A stretch of DNA of 64,000 bases from positions 1,779,711-1,843,710 of the forward strand of contig NZ_JAQNDO010000001.1 of NCBI RefSeq assembly GCF_028369105.1, written 5' to 3'. Within the stretch, counting starts at the first letter, position 1; each line of letters begins with the position of its first letter. The position numbers were made by a program, and so were the translations under genes. The notes beneath the pieces are model-generated. The model worked only from the letters and a program-made list of their open reading frames with translations, ran no database searches and was not told the origin of the DNA. Source of the DNA: Polyangium mundeleinium. GTDB taxonomy: Bacteria; Myxococcota_A; Polyangia; Polyangiales; Polyangiaceae. Below, in pieces: positions 1 to 13,081 of the stretch.

Positions 1-3605
<3,605 letters not shown>

Positions 3606-3627
3606 CCTCTTTGCCCCTCAGGAAGCC

Positions 3628-5748
3628 ATGAACGCGGAACAACGCACGGCGCCGGCGAGTGTTTTGCTCGTCGACGATACACCGGCAAACCTCCTCGCCC
3701 TCGCCGCGGTGCTGAAGCCGCTCGGCGCGCGGCTCGTGGAGGCGAAATCGGGGGTCGAGGCACTGGAATGCGTGCGTCGCGAGCCGTTTGCGGTCGTGCT
3801 GCTCGATGTCCAGATGCCAGAGATGGACGGGTTCGAGGTCGCACGCAGAATGCGCGCGACCGAGCACGGCCGCGAGGTCCCGATCCTGTTCTTGACGGCC
3901 ATCCATCGGGACGAGGACTACGCGCGCCGGGGATACGCGATCGGGGCGGCCGATTACATCACGAAGCCATTCAACGTCGATGTGCTCCGCGCCCGCGTGA
4001 AGGCCTTCGTGGATCTCTTCCAGCAAAGGGAGGAGATCCGCAAGGCGCAGGTCGAGCTGCGGACGCGGGAGCGCGACGAGGCCGTGCGCAGGCTCGTGGC
4101 GTTCGAGCGTATCGCGACGGCGGCGCTCGAGACGGACGACCTCGGCGTTCTCCTGCGCGAGCTGATCGATATCTTCCTCGGCGCCGCGGACGCCGCGGAT
4201 ACGGCGACCGTGCTGCTCCGGGAGGGCGAGGTGCTCCGCGCGCGCGCCGCGGTGGGCCCGCACGCCAATGAGAGCATTTCGGTGCGGATCGGGCAGGGCC
4301 TCTGCGGGACGATCGCCGCGGGGAAGCAGCCGGTCGAAGTGGAGGGCGCGCAGGCCTTCCCCGATTGCGCGTGCCTCTCGACGAGCGGCACGCGCGCCCT
4401 GTATGGCGTGCCGCTCCTCCATTTCGGGGAGGTCGTCGGCGTCGCCCTCATCGGGTCGAGTCGCGCGAGCGGTTTTGCCGATGCGGAGAAGCGGCTCTTT
4501 GCGGCCATGGCGGAGCGCGCGGCCTGGGCCGTGGCCCGGCACCTCCAGCGCGCGGAGCACGAGGCCGAGCGCGCCGCGCTGCTCGAACGGGAGCGCGCGG
4601 CGCGCGCCGAGGCGGAGCTCGCGAGCCAGGCGAAGGATCAGTTCCTCGCCACGGTCTCGCACGAGCTCCGGACGCCGCTCAATGCGATCCTCGGCTGGGC
4701 GGTCCTCGCGCGGCAAAAGGCGCCGCCGCAGGTCGAGCGGGCGCTCTCGGTGATCGAGCGGAATGCGCGGGCGCAGGCGCGCATCATCGACGACGTGCTC
4801 GACATCTCGCGTATCGTGAGCGGCAAGTTCCGCCTCGACATGGTGCCGACGAACCTCGTGGAGATCACCCAGGCCGCCGTCGAATCGCTCCGCCCCGTGG
4901 CAGAGGCGCGCGGCGTGAATCTCACGATCCAGGTCGGCCCCTTGGGCTTCACGCTCGGTGATCCCGAGCGGCTCCAGCAGGTCGTCTGGAACCTCCTTTC
5001 GAACGGAATCAAATTCACGCCGAAGGAGGGGCAGGTCGAGCTCAGCGCAGCGCTTTCGGGCTCGAACCTGCTGCTGCGGGTGACCGATACCGGGCAGGGC
5101 ATCGATGCCGCGTTCATGCCATACATCTTCGAGGCGTTCCGGCAGGCGGACGGGTCCACGGCGCGGCGTCATGGCGGGCTCGGGCTCGGGCTCGCGCTCG
5201 TCAAGCAAATGGTCCAGGCGCACGGCGGGACGATCACCGCGGCGAGCGACGGAATCGGGAAGGGCTCGACGTTCACCGTGGAGCTGCCCATCCGGAGCAC
5301 GCCCGTCACGCGTGCGTCCGTGGACGATGACGCGGCGAACGAGCAGCAGGTCCGGCTCGCGGGGCTCAAGGTGCTCGTGGTCGACGACGAGGAGGACGCC
5401 CGCGCGCTCTTGCGGCGTGTCCTCGAAGACAGGGGCGCGACCGTGACGCTCGCCGCGTCGAGCGACGAGGCGCTCCATGATCTTTCGCGGTCCCGGCCCG
5501 ACGTGCTCGTGAGCGACATCGGATTGCCGGGCATGGATGGATATGCGCTGATCCGCAGCATCCGCACGTTGCCCGCAGAGTTTGGCGGGAGAACCCCGGC
5601 GATCGCGCTCACGGCGTATGCGCGGAACGAGGATAGCCAGCGCGCGTTCGCCGCGGGATTCCAGCGGCACGTGCCGAAGCCGGTGGACCTCGGGCGGCTC
5701 GTCTCGCTGATCGCGAATCTCTGCGGGATTCCCCTGACGGACGCGTGA
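3628..5748 (+). CDS. Hybrid histidine kinase/response regulator: REC–GAF–HisKA–HATPase_c–REC
   Basis: N-terminal receiver (LLVDDTPANL...DVQMPEMDGFEV); H-box [14 protein letters not shown]; HATPase motifs (GGLGLGLALVKQMV); C-terminal receiver (VLVVDDEEDAR...DIGLPGMDGYALIRSIR). It starts 22 bp after the upstream kinase. Confidence 0.9.
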   Translation: MNAEQRTAPASVLLVDDTPANLLALAAVLKPLGARLVEAKSGVEALECVRREPFAVVLLDVQMPEMDGFEVARRMRATEHGREVPILFLTAIHRDEDYARRGYAIGAADYITKPFNVDVLRARVKAFVDLFQQREEIRKAQVELRTRERDEAVRRLVAFERIATAALETDDLGVLLRELIDIFLGAADAADTATVLLREGEVLRARAAVGPHANESISVRIGQGLCGTIAAGKQPVEVEGAQAFPDCACLSTSGTRALYGVPLLHFGEVVGVALIGSSRASGFADAEKRLFAAMAERAAWAVARHLQRAEHEAERAALLERERAARAEAELASQAKDQFLATVSHELRTPLNAILGWAVLARQKAPPQVERALSVIERNARAQARIIDDVLDISRIVSGKFRLDMVPTNLVEITQAAVESLRPVAEARGVNLTIQVGPLGFTLGDPERLQQVVWNLLSNGIKFTPKEGQVELSAALSGSNLLLRVTDTGQGIDAAFMPYIFEAFRQADGSTARRHGGLGLGLALVKQMVQAHGGTITAASDGIGKGSTFTVELPIRSTPVTRASVDDDAANEQQVRLAGLKVLVVDDEEDARALLRRVLEDRGATVTLAASSDEALHDLSRSRPDVLVSDIGLPGMDGYALIRSIRTLPAEFGGRTPAIALTAYARNEDSQRAFAAGFQRHVPKPVDLGRLVSLIANLCGIPLTDA

Positions 5749-5773
5749 GCGGCGGAAGGCCCGGCTTGTCTGA

Positions 5774-6847
5774 TTACGGCATCGCCGATACGCCGATCAC
5801 CAGCCGGTGTCCGTGCAGCATGCCCACGTAGAGCAGAATCACCACGACGAACCGCACGATCCCGATCTCGGCGAGCGCCTTGCCCACGCCGCCGCGGGCG
5901 AAGGGCACGAGCGAGGTCTTCGCGGCGAACGGCTCCCACGCCTCGCCGAGCGCGACCTTGCGGCGGCTGTCGATGTGCAGCATCCCCGCGATCGCCAGGA
6001 AGGCGATCCCGCCGAACAGGCAGATCGAGGCCACGTCCCCGTTCGGCGGGAGATGGGCCATCCCCCATAACGCGAACGACCACAACGCCGGGTGGCGCGT
6101 GATCCGCACGATCCCCCGCGGCTCCGCGCCCACCGCCTTCTCCTGCATCATCTGCGTCGGGTTTTGCGTGGAATACCCGCAGACCATGAAGAGAAACGCG
6201 ATCGGCATGACGACGAGCGGGATCCAGCGCGTCCACGGCGGGGCGCGCCAGAGCTCGACGTAGGGCGCCGCGCGATAGGCGAAGATCATCCAGACGAACG
6301 CCGCGAGCACGAGGAGCGAATAGATCCCCTGAAAACCCTTCTCGCTGAGCCGCTGGATGAGGGGGCGCCGGAGGGTGAGGCTCGACAGGCCGATGTGGCC
6401 GAGGACAAAGACCAGCGTCGCGGATGCGATCGCGCGGAGGCTCCCGTCCTTTGCGCCTTTCGCGGGCTCGGGCTTCGGGGCGCCGCCGATCTCGAGGATC
6501 GCGGCGACGAGGTGATCGACGTCGCCCTCGCGCATCGCGAGCCCCGGCATGGCGCCGGGCATGTATCCCTCGACGACGTCGTGGTTCGGCTCGACGATGC
6601 TGCGGCGGATGTAGGCCTCATCGGCCACGAGCTCGCGGGGTTTTTCCTGCGTCACGACCTTGCGCGTCTTGCCGACGAGGCTGAGATAGGTCGGCCCGGG
6701 GCGCGCGGAGCCATCGAAGGAATGGCAGGCTGCGCATCCGCGCTCGAAGAGGAGCTGCTTGCCGCGCGCGGGATCGCCGTCCGCGAGCGCGCGGGGGGCG
6801 AGGAGCAAGCAGAGGCCCGCGAGGGCGAGAGCCGGGAGGGTACGCAT
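5774..6847 (-). CDS. Membrane protein: N-terminal class-I cytochrome c domain fused to an NnrU-family polytopic domain
   Basis: Signal peptide MRTLPALALAGLCLLLAPRALA; haem-binding CAACH; multi-TM C-terminal half with an NnrU-like ITRHPALW motif. Confidence 0.75.
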   Translation of the reverse strand: MRTLPALALAGLCLLLAPRALADGDPARGKQLLFERGCAACHSFDGSARPGPTYLSLVGKTRKVVTQEKPRELVADEAYIRRSIVEPNHDVVEGYMPGAMPGLAMREGDVDHLVAAILEIGGAPKPEPAKGAKDGSLRAIASATLVFVLGHIGLSSLTLRRPLIQRLSEKGFQGIYSLLVLAAFVWMIFAYRAAPYVELWRAPPWTRWIPLVVMPIAFLFMVCGYSTQNPTQMMQEKAVGAEPRGIVRITRHPALWSFALWGMAHLPPNGDVASICLFGGIAFLAIAGMLHIDSRRKVALGEAWEPFAAKTSLVPFARGGVGKALAEIGIVRFVVVILLYVGMLHGHRLVIGVSAMP

Positions 6848-6925
6848 GGGGCGCGAGCGTACGCCGGGTGGAGGTGATGTGCCAGGGCCGTGTTTCGTGG
6901 ATACCCCCGCGTCGCGCCCCTGTGA

Positions 6926-7666
6926 TCAAGGCTCCACGGGCTTCTGCCGTTTGACGGAGCGCGCGCCGAGCGGTGGCGCGAGCTCTTCCCAGTCGTCGGG
7001 ATGAAAGTAATGGGCGACGGCCTGGAGGCGGGCGTGCTCGCGGACGAGCAGGGTCGCCAATCGATTGCGGATATCCACGGCGAGGGTGGGTGCGGCGGGG
7101 GCAGCCTTCGGCGCATCCGCGGGCTTGAGGTGAGTGACCAGGAAGGCGCCGATCTCGGCGGCCTCGTCGATTTGCGCGGCGGTGACGGGGTGTTTTCCGG
7201 CGATGGTTTGCGCGTGCCTCCGGAAGAGGTCTGCGAGCGAAATGCAATCCTCGGCGCGGTCGCGCGCGCCGCGGCCCGCGATGATGGCGTCGACCTCGGC
7301 CTGGGGAATCGTGCCATTGGAGGCGAGGGCCTTGGCGGACGAGAGGAGCTGCGCGCGCAGGCGCGCGGCGGTGGAGAGCTTCGCCTGGAGGAGGGATTCG
7401 CCGGGCGTCTCTTGCTCGGCGCGGAGCGCGGCGAACTTGGTAGCGACCGCGAGTTCGGGGAGGGCGAGGAGCGCGGCGAGGTGGATCTTGGGCAAATGAA
7501 GGGGGATGTGGTGCTCGTGCATCGCGGCGACGCGCATGCCGGTGGTGACGTTCGCGAGCGCGAGGTCGAGGTCGAGCCGGAAGGGCAAAACGTCGCCGGG
7601 TTGGAGCGCTTGCGCCGCGGGGAGGTGCTTTTCGTAAGCCTTCTCAGGGTCGATGGGGGTTGTCAT
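6926..7666 (-). CDS. Hypothetical protein of 246 aa
   Basis: The coding-like part of ORF 6926..8350 starts at ATG 7664-7666 (MTTPIDPEKAYEKHL...). The upstream 228 codons are P/S/R-rich low-complexity with no coding character. Confidence 0.55.
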   Translation of the reverse strand: MTTPIDPEKAYEKHLPAAQALQPGDVLPFRLDLDLALANVTTGMRVAAMHEHHIPLHLPKIHLAALLALPELAVATKFAALRAEQETPGESLLQAKLSTAARLRAQLLSSAKALASNGTIPQAEVDAIIAGRGARDRAEDCISLADLFRRHAQTIAGKHPVTAAQIDEAAEIGAFLVTHLKPADAPKAAPAAPTLAVDIRNRLATLLVREHARLQAVAHYFHPDDWEELAPPLGARSVKRQKPVEP

Positions 7667-8083
7667 GGGGGCCTTTCCGTCGGTTTCGAGGGATGGAAGG
7701 TGGGGAACTGTACAGGAGAAGGAAACGTTTTGCACAGGGGCTTCAGGGAGGGAGGGGCGGGAGGGGACGGTTGTGCAAAAAGGTTCGCAAGGTGGAGGAG
7801 GCGAGGAAAACGTTGCGGGGTGCGGGGGGTGGGAGGTGGGATCGCGGGGAAAAGATTTGCGAATGGCCGTCCGGGTTGGGTGCAACAATGTGAGATTTTT
7901 CACGCGAATGGACGGTAGAGAGTCCCTCGGGAGCAAAAAGTTTGGGGATGGGGGACGGGGAGTGAGTATCTTGGCGTACGTGTCAAGCATGTCGCCTCGT
8001 CGGGGCGCGCGGTTGGTCGGGGCGGTACTGCTCGGCGGAATGCTCGTGGCCGCCGCGTTCGGCGTGCTGCGCGCGCAGGCGGG

Positions 8084-9094
8084 GTGTGGGGGGATGACGG
8101 TGCGGATGGGGGGGAGGTGGAGGCAACCGTCGTCGAGGTGCGAGGCGTCGATGGGAGTACGGAGGGGGATGCTGGAGGGAATGCCGGGGACGCGGGAGAA
8201 CTGGCGACGGAATGTACGACGACTTTCGTGGTCGAGGTCTATCTTGCAGGTTTGTTCTCTCGGTTCGATTATGGGGGGCATTTCGTGAGTCTCGACAGGC
8301 CGGCGCTCGTGACCGGATACTCGCGTCGGGAGAGCCAGGATCTGAAGCACAAGTTGCGCGGAAGGCGCACACTCGATCTGGCCAGCCCGTACTTTGCTGC
8401 CGAGTTCACGAGGGATGACCTCTGCTCCGCCGAAGAGGTATCACCCTCGCATGTACGCCTCTCATGCATTGATTCCGAGGGGCAGCTCGTCACGCTGGAA
8501 TATCGTATACGGGATGGATATGCGGTAGAGCTGCGGAAAAATGGCGGCCATTGGTACCCATATGGTCCCCACGAGGATATGCCTGCAAACGCCTGCGCGA
8601 CGATCGAAACCGAGATTCCGAAGCACGACCTGACGCAGCTCCACAAGGCATATCTGGACGATAGCCCTTCGGAGCGTTGTCGCACGCCCACGTCCTCGAG
8701 GCGGAAGGCCCCGGCGACGTTCACCCACCAAGTGCTGCCCAGGGGGCACAAGTACTACGAGGACGGGAAACTCAGGCCAAGGGGCGCCCCCCGCTCTGGC
8801 TACTGTCGAGGCGTCACGCTCGCCCGCCTCGTTCTGCCGCCTCATGTAGGCCTTTCCCAGGATCTGGGTCTGCTCTTCGCGCAATGCAACGAAACGTGCA
8901 CCGCGGCCCTCAACAGCAAGCCGAACGGCGCGGAGGTTCGATGCTTCGAAGCCGGACAGGTGGCTGCTTACCAGTTGGGTGATGACCTCTACATCATCGA
9001 AGACGCTCGCGTGCGCCGAGTACCGATTGCATGTGGTGTGGAACTGGACTTCCGCCTGCGTGCATTTCTTGGACCGCTCGGGCTGAGCGAGTGA
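8084..9094 (+). CDS. Hypothetical protein on a lower-GC island; probable mature part of a frameshifted lipoprotein gene
   Basis: A 336-aa ORF at about 55-58% GC with atypical codons (gat/tat/ata/gta) against a ~70% background. A signal peptide plus lipobox (MSPRRGARLVGAVLLGGMLVAAAFGVLRAQAGC) lies in another frame at 7989-8087, ending in a G6 run at 8088-8093. Confidence 0.45.
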   Translation: MWGDDGADGGEVEATVVEVRGVDGSTEGDAGGNAGDAGELATECTTTFVVEVYLAGLFSRFDYGGHFVSLDRPALVTGYSRRESQDLKHKLRGRRTLDLASPYFAAEFTRDDLCSAEEVSPSHVRLSCIDSEGQLVTLEYRIRDGYAVELRKNGGHWYPYGPHEDMPANACATIETEIPKHDLTQLHKAYLDDSPSERCRTPTSSRRKAPATFTHQVLPRGHKYYEDGKLRPRGAPRSGYCRGVTLARLVLPPHVGLSQDLGLLFAQCNETCTAALNSKPNGAEVRCFEAGQVAAYQLGDDLYIIEDARVRRVPIACGVELDFRLRAFLGPLGLSE

Positions 9095-9166
9095 ACGTCG
9101 GGGTCCCATCCCTCCCGCTCGCCGTTCGCTCGTTCGCCCTTCCGAGCCCCGAGATACGTCGATAGG

Positions 9167-12100
9167 ATGCGCGCCATGCGACCGCGCCCCCCGACGGGTT
9201 TGTCCCCCACGCTCTTCGTGCTCCTCGCGCTCGTGGCCCTCGGCTGCGGCGACGGAGGTGATGGCATTCCGCCGCGCCCGACCGATGCCGGGACCGACGC
9301 CACCGAGACCGATGCCTCCGAGATCGACGCGGGGTGTCCGCCGGGATCGTACCCCGACGGCGGCGCGTGCGTGATCGACGCGAGCTGCAAGGACAACCCC
9401 TGCGGCGAACACGGGACGTGCGACGATTCGAGTGGATCGGCCGTCTGCACGTGCGAGAAGGGCTGGGGCGGCGCGACGTGCACGTCGTGTGACGCCGCGG
9501 GCGGCTACCACGACGACGGCAGCGGAGGTTGCACGACGGACCCGTGCGTGCCGGATCCGTGCATGTCGGCCGATCGCATCTGCGATGGAAGCTCGGGCAG
9601 CGCGCAGTGTGTTTGCAAGCCCGGCACGCACGACGAGGGCGGCGTGTGCGTCGAGGACAAGACATGCCTGCCGACGACGTGCAGCGGTCACGGGAGCTGC
9701 GACGACAGGGGCGGCAAGGCCGTGTGCATGTGCGACGTCGGATGGAGCGGGAGCGCATGCGACGCGTGTGACGACGCAGGGGGGTATCACAGCGATGGAA
9801 ACGGCGGCTGCACGACGGACCCGTGTCTGCCGAATCCCTGCGTGGCCCCGCACGCGAGCGTGTGCACGGTCGAAGGGGGATCCACGGTCTGCGGCTGCGA
9901 TCCCGGGTATCACGACGTGAACGGCGCTTGCGTGATCGATGAGGTTTGCACGCCGTCGACGTGCTCGGGCCATGGAGCGTGCGTGGTCGAAGGCGGCCAC
10001 GTGGTCTGCACGTGTGACGCCGGCTTCGCCGGGGATTCGTGTGATACGTGCGACGTGGCGGGCGGGTATCACGACGACGGGAGCGGCGGCTGCACGACGG
10101 ACCCGTGCCTGCCGAACCCCTGCGACATGCCGAACAAGACGGTCTGCGCGGGACAAGGCGCGTCGTACGTGTGCTCGTGTGATGCGGGGTATCACGACGA
10201 CGGGAGCGGCGGGTGCACCGACGATCCCTGCACGCCGAACGTCTGCCTCGTGATGAACCAGGCCTGCCAGGTCGTGGGCGGGATGCCGCAGTGCTACACG
10301 CCCGATTGCGACGATCAGAACCCGTGCACGGTCGATACGGTCGTGGGCGGGAGCTGCGAGCACACGCCGCGCCCCAACGGGACGATGTGCCAGACGTCGC
10401 TCTGCATCGTGGGGGAGGCATGCCAGGCGGGCACCTGCGCGGGTGGCAGCCCGCGGGTGTGCGACGACGGCAATGCGTGCACGGACGACACGTGTGATCT
10501 CGCGGTGGGGTGTGTCGCGACGAACGACAACACGAACGTGCCGGACGACGGGATCGCGTGCACGATCGACAAGTGCGCGGGCGGCCTCGCGTCGCACACG
10601 ACGAGCAACGCGGCTTGTGACGACGGGGCGTGGTGCACGGGCGCGGAGGTCTGCGCGCCGCTCCAGGCGGGCGCGGACGCGGAGGGGTGCGTGCACGTGA
10701 ACGTGCCGCAGAAGCCCGTGAGCATCAGCCCGTGCGTGAGTTATGGCGCGTGCGACGAGGCGACGAAGTCGTTCCCGCCCGTGTTCGCGTCGCCGGGGAG
10801 CACCTGCAACGACGGCATCCCGTGCACGAGCGGCGACGTCTGCGACGCGCAGGGCGCTTGCAAGGGGACGGCCTCGATCGGTTGTGATGGCGGGGCTTGC
10901 GCGACCACGCACCCCGGCACGGGCGACGTGAACATCCCGGTCGGCGTGGTGAGCGGGACGATCACGCTCGGAGGCGCGGCGGTGCCCGCGACGAATACCG
11001 AGTCGGACGGCGCGGAGATCTACCTCGTGGCGAAGGACACGAAGGCAGCGCATTACATCGGCGGTTATAGCTACCAGTTCCAGTCGGGGGGCGTGTATTC
11101 GCTGCTCCCGAACGCCTACGGCGGCAAGGTGGTCGCGGGCGTGTACGACGTGCTCTACCGGCGGGGCTGGGGGTCTGCCGGGAATACGGTGACGCGTACG
11201 CAGCCGGCAGCAACGCACGTGAATGGCTATCGGATCCTCGCGACGGGCGTGGTCATCGGCACGGGGGAGAGCAAGCTGGACGTGAACATTCCGGTGGCGA
11301 GCGTGAGCGGTACGATCACGCTCGGAGGCGCGGCGGTGCCCGCGACGAATACCGAGTCGGACGGCGCGGAGATCTACCTCGTGGCGAAGGACACGAAGGC
11401 AGCGCATTACATCGGCGGTTATAGCTACCAGTTCCAGTCGGGGGGCGTGTATTCGCTGCTCCCGAACGCCTACGGCGGCAAGGTGCTCGCGGGCACGTAT
11501 GACGTGCTGTATCGGCGGGGCTGGGGGTCTGCCGGGAACACGGTGACGCGTACGCAGCTCGCGGCGACGCACGTGAATGGCTACCGGATTCTGGCGACGG
11601 ACGTGACGCTCTCGGCAGGGTCGAACACGCTGAACGTGGACATCCCGGTGGCGAGCGTGAGCGGTACGATCACGCTCGGGGGCGCGGCGGTTCCGGCGAC
11701 GAACACGGAGTCGGACGGCGCGGAGATTTACCTCGTGGCGAAGGACACGAAGGCCGCGCATTACATCGGCGGTTATAGCTACCAGTTCCAGTCGGGGGGC
11801 GTGTATTCGCTGCTCCCGAATGCCTACGGCGGCAAGGTGCCTGCGGGTACGTATGACGTGCTCTATCGGCGGGGCTGGGGGTCTGCCGGGAACACGGTGA
11901 CGCGTACGCAGCTCGCGGCGCCGCATGTGAATGGGTATCGGATTCTGGCGACGGATGTGACGCTTTCGGCAGGGTCGAACACGCTGGACGTGGACCTCCC
12001 GGTGGCGAGCGTGAGCGGTACGATCACGCTCGGGGGCGCGGCGGTGCCGGCGACGAACACGGAGTCGACCGGCGCGGAGATCTACCTCGTGGCGAAGGAC

Positions 12101-13033
12101 ACGAAGGCTGCGCATTACATCGGCGGTTATAGCTACCAGTTCCAGTCGGGGGGCGTGTATTCGCTGCTCCCGAACGCCTACGGCGGCAAGGTGCCTGCGG
12201 GTACGTACGACGTGCTGTATCGGCGGGGCTGGGGGTCTGCCGGGAACACGGTGACGCGTACGCAGCTCGCGGCGACGCACGTGAATGGGTATCGGATCCT
12301 GGCGACGGACGTGACGCTTTCGGCAGGGTCGAACACGCTGAACGTGGACCTCCCGGTGGCGAGCGTGAGCGGTACGATCACGCTCGGGGGGGCGGCGGTG
12401 CCGGCGACGAACACGGAGTCGACCGGCGCGGAGATCTACCTCGTGGCGAAGGACACGAAGGCCGCGCATTACATCGGCGGTTATAGCTACCAGTTCCAGT
12501 CGGGGAGCGTGTATTCGCTGCTCCCGAACGCCTACGGCGGCAAGGTGCCTGCGGGTACGTACGACGTGTTGTATCGGCGGGGCTGGGGGTCGAGCGGGAA
12601 CACGGTGACGCGTACGCTTCTGGCGGGGACGCACGTCAATGGCTATCGGATTCTGGCGACGGACGTGACGCTCTCGGCAGGGTCGAACACGCTGGACGTA
12701 GACCTCCCGGTGGCGAGCGTGAGCGGTACGATCACGCTCGGGGGCGCGGCGGTGCCGGCGACGAACACGGAGTCGACCGGCGCGGAGATCTACCTCGTGG
12801 CGCAGGACACGGCGGCCGCGCATTACATCGGGGGCTACAGCTACCAGTTCCAGTCGGGGGGCGTGTATTCGCTGCTCCCGAACGCCTATGGCGGCAAGGT
12901 GCCTTCGGGGACGTATGACGTGCTCTACCGGCGGGGCTGGGGGTCGAGCGGGAACACGGTGACGCGTACGCTCGTGACGGCCGCGCACGTCAATGGGTAC
13001 CGGCTTCTGGATCGATGCATGACGACGCCTTGA
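9167..13033 (+). CDS. Large secreted lipoprotein of 1288 aa: EGF-like/Myxococcus cysteine-rich repeats followed by six tandem ~118-aa beta-sandwich-like repeats (adhesin-like)
   Basis: Lipoprotein signal LLALVALGCGDG. About six copies of C..NPCGEHGTCDD....C.C..GW.G..C..CD.AGGYHDDGSGGCTTDPC. Further CDDGNACTDDTCD-type repeats (Myxococcus cysteine-rich repeat). Then six copies of NIPVASVSGTITLGGAAVPATNTES.GAEIYLVAKDTKAAHYIGGYSYQFQSGGVYSLLPNAYGGKV..GTYDVLYRRGWGS.GNTVTRT. Confidence 0.85.
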   Translation: MRAMRPRPPTGLSPTLFVLLALVALGCGDGGDGIPPRPTDAGTDATETDASEIDAGCPPGSYPDGGACVIDASCKDNPCGEHGTCDDSSGSAVCTCEKGWGGATCTSCDAAGGYHDDGSGGCTTDPCVPDPCMSADRICDGSSGSAQCVCKPGTHDEGGVCVEDKTCLPTTCSGHGSCDDRGGKAVCMCDVGWSGSACDACDDAGGYHSDGNGGCTTDPCLPNPCVAPHASVCTVEGGSTVCGCDPGYHDVNGACVIDEVCTPSTCSGHGACVVEGGHVVCTCDAGFAGDSCDTCDVAGGYHDDGSGGCTTDPCLPNPCDMPNKTVCAGQGASYVCSCDAGYHDDGSGGCTDDPCTPNVCLVMNQACQVVGGMPQCYTPDCDDQNPCTVDTVVGGSCEHTPRPNGTMCQTSLCIVGEACQAGTCAGGSPRVCDDGNACTDDTCDLAVGCVATNDNTNVPDDGIACTIDKCAGGLASHTTSNAACDDGAWCTGAEVCAPLQAGADAEGCVHVNVPQKPVSISPCVSYGACDEATKSFPPVFASPGSTCNDGIPCTSGDVCDAQGACKGTASIGCDGGACATTHPGTGDVNIPVGVVSGTITLGGAAVPATNTESDGAEIYLVAKDTKAAHYIGGYSYQFQSGGVYSLLPNAYGGKVVAGVYDVLYRRGWGSAGNTVTRTQPAATHVNGYRILATGVVIGTGESKLDVNIPVASVSGTITLGGAAVPATNTESDGAEIYLVAKDTKAAHYIGGYSYQFQSGGVYSLLPNAYGGKVLAGTYDVLYRRGWGSAGNTVTRTQLAATHVNGYRILATDVTLSAGSNTLNVDIPVASVSGTITLGGAAVPATNTESDGAEIYLVAKDTKAAHYIGGYSYQFQSGGVYSLLPNAYGGKVPAGTYDVLYRRGWGSAGNTVTRTQLAAPHVNGYRILATDVTLSAGSNTLDVDLPVASVSGTITLGGAAVPATNTESTGAEIYLVAKDTKAAHYIGGYSYQFQSGGVYSLLPNAYGGKVPAGTYDVLYRRGWGSAGNTVTRTQLAATHVNGYRILATDVTLSAGSNTLNVDLPVASVSGTITLGGAAVPATNTESTGAEIYLVAKDTKAAHYIGGYSYQFQSGSVYSLLPNAYGGKVPAGTYDVLYRRGWGSSGNTVTRTLLAGTHVNGYRILATDVTLSAGSNTLDVDLPVASVSGTITLGGAAVPATNTESTGAEIYLVAQDTAAAHYIGGYSYQFQSGGVYSLLPNAYGGKVPSGTYDVLYRRGWGSSGNTVTRTLVTAAHVNGYRLLDRCMTTP
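10930..13033 (+). repeat. In-frame tandem array of six 354-bp near-identical repeats inside the lipoprotein gene
   Basis: Unit starts at 10930, 11284, 11638, 11992, 12346 and 12700; the last copy is cut by the stop codon. The identical 237-nt antisense ORFs 11863..12060 and 12178..12414 are a by-product. Confidence 0.85.
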
Positions 13034-13050
13034 AGGGGCAGGCGTGACGA

Positions 13051-13074
13051 CCCGGGGGCATCGAAGCCCCCGGG
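13051..13074. terminator. GC-rich hairpin (9-bp stem, 6-nt loop) between convergent genes; candidate bidirectional terminator
   Basis: cccgggggc-atcgaa-gcccccggg sits in the 48-bp gap between the stops at 13033 (+) and 13082 (-). No U-tract. Confidence 0.35.
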
Positions 13075-13081
13075 CCGAGCG

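Noticed and set aside
6926-8350. Full 474-aa extent of the minus ORF
   Set aside because: The upstream 228 codons are P/S-rich non-coding-like sequence across a purine-rich intergenic region, so the gene was trimmed to ATG 7666.
8462-12988. 1508-aa ORF on the minus strand
   Set aside because: Arg/His-rich and low-complexity (RHRRAPERDRTAHARH repeats). It is antisense to the well-supported lipoprotein gene 9167..13033 and merely mirrors its internal repeats.
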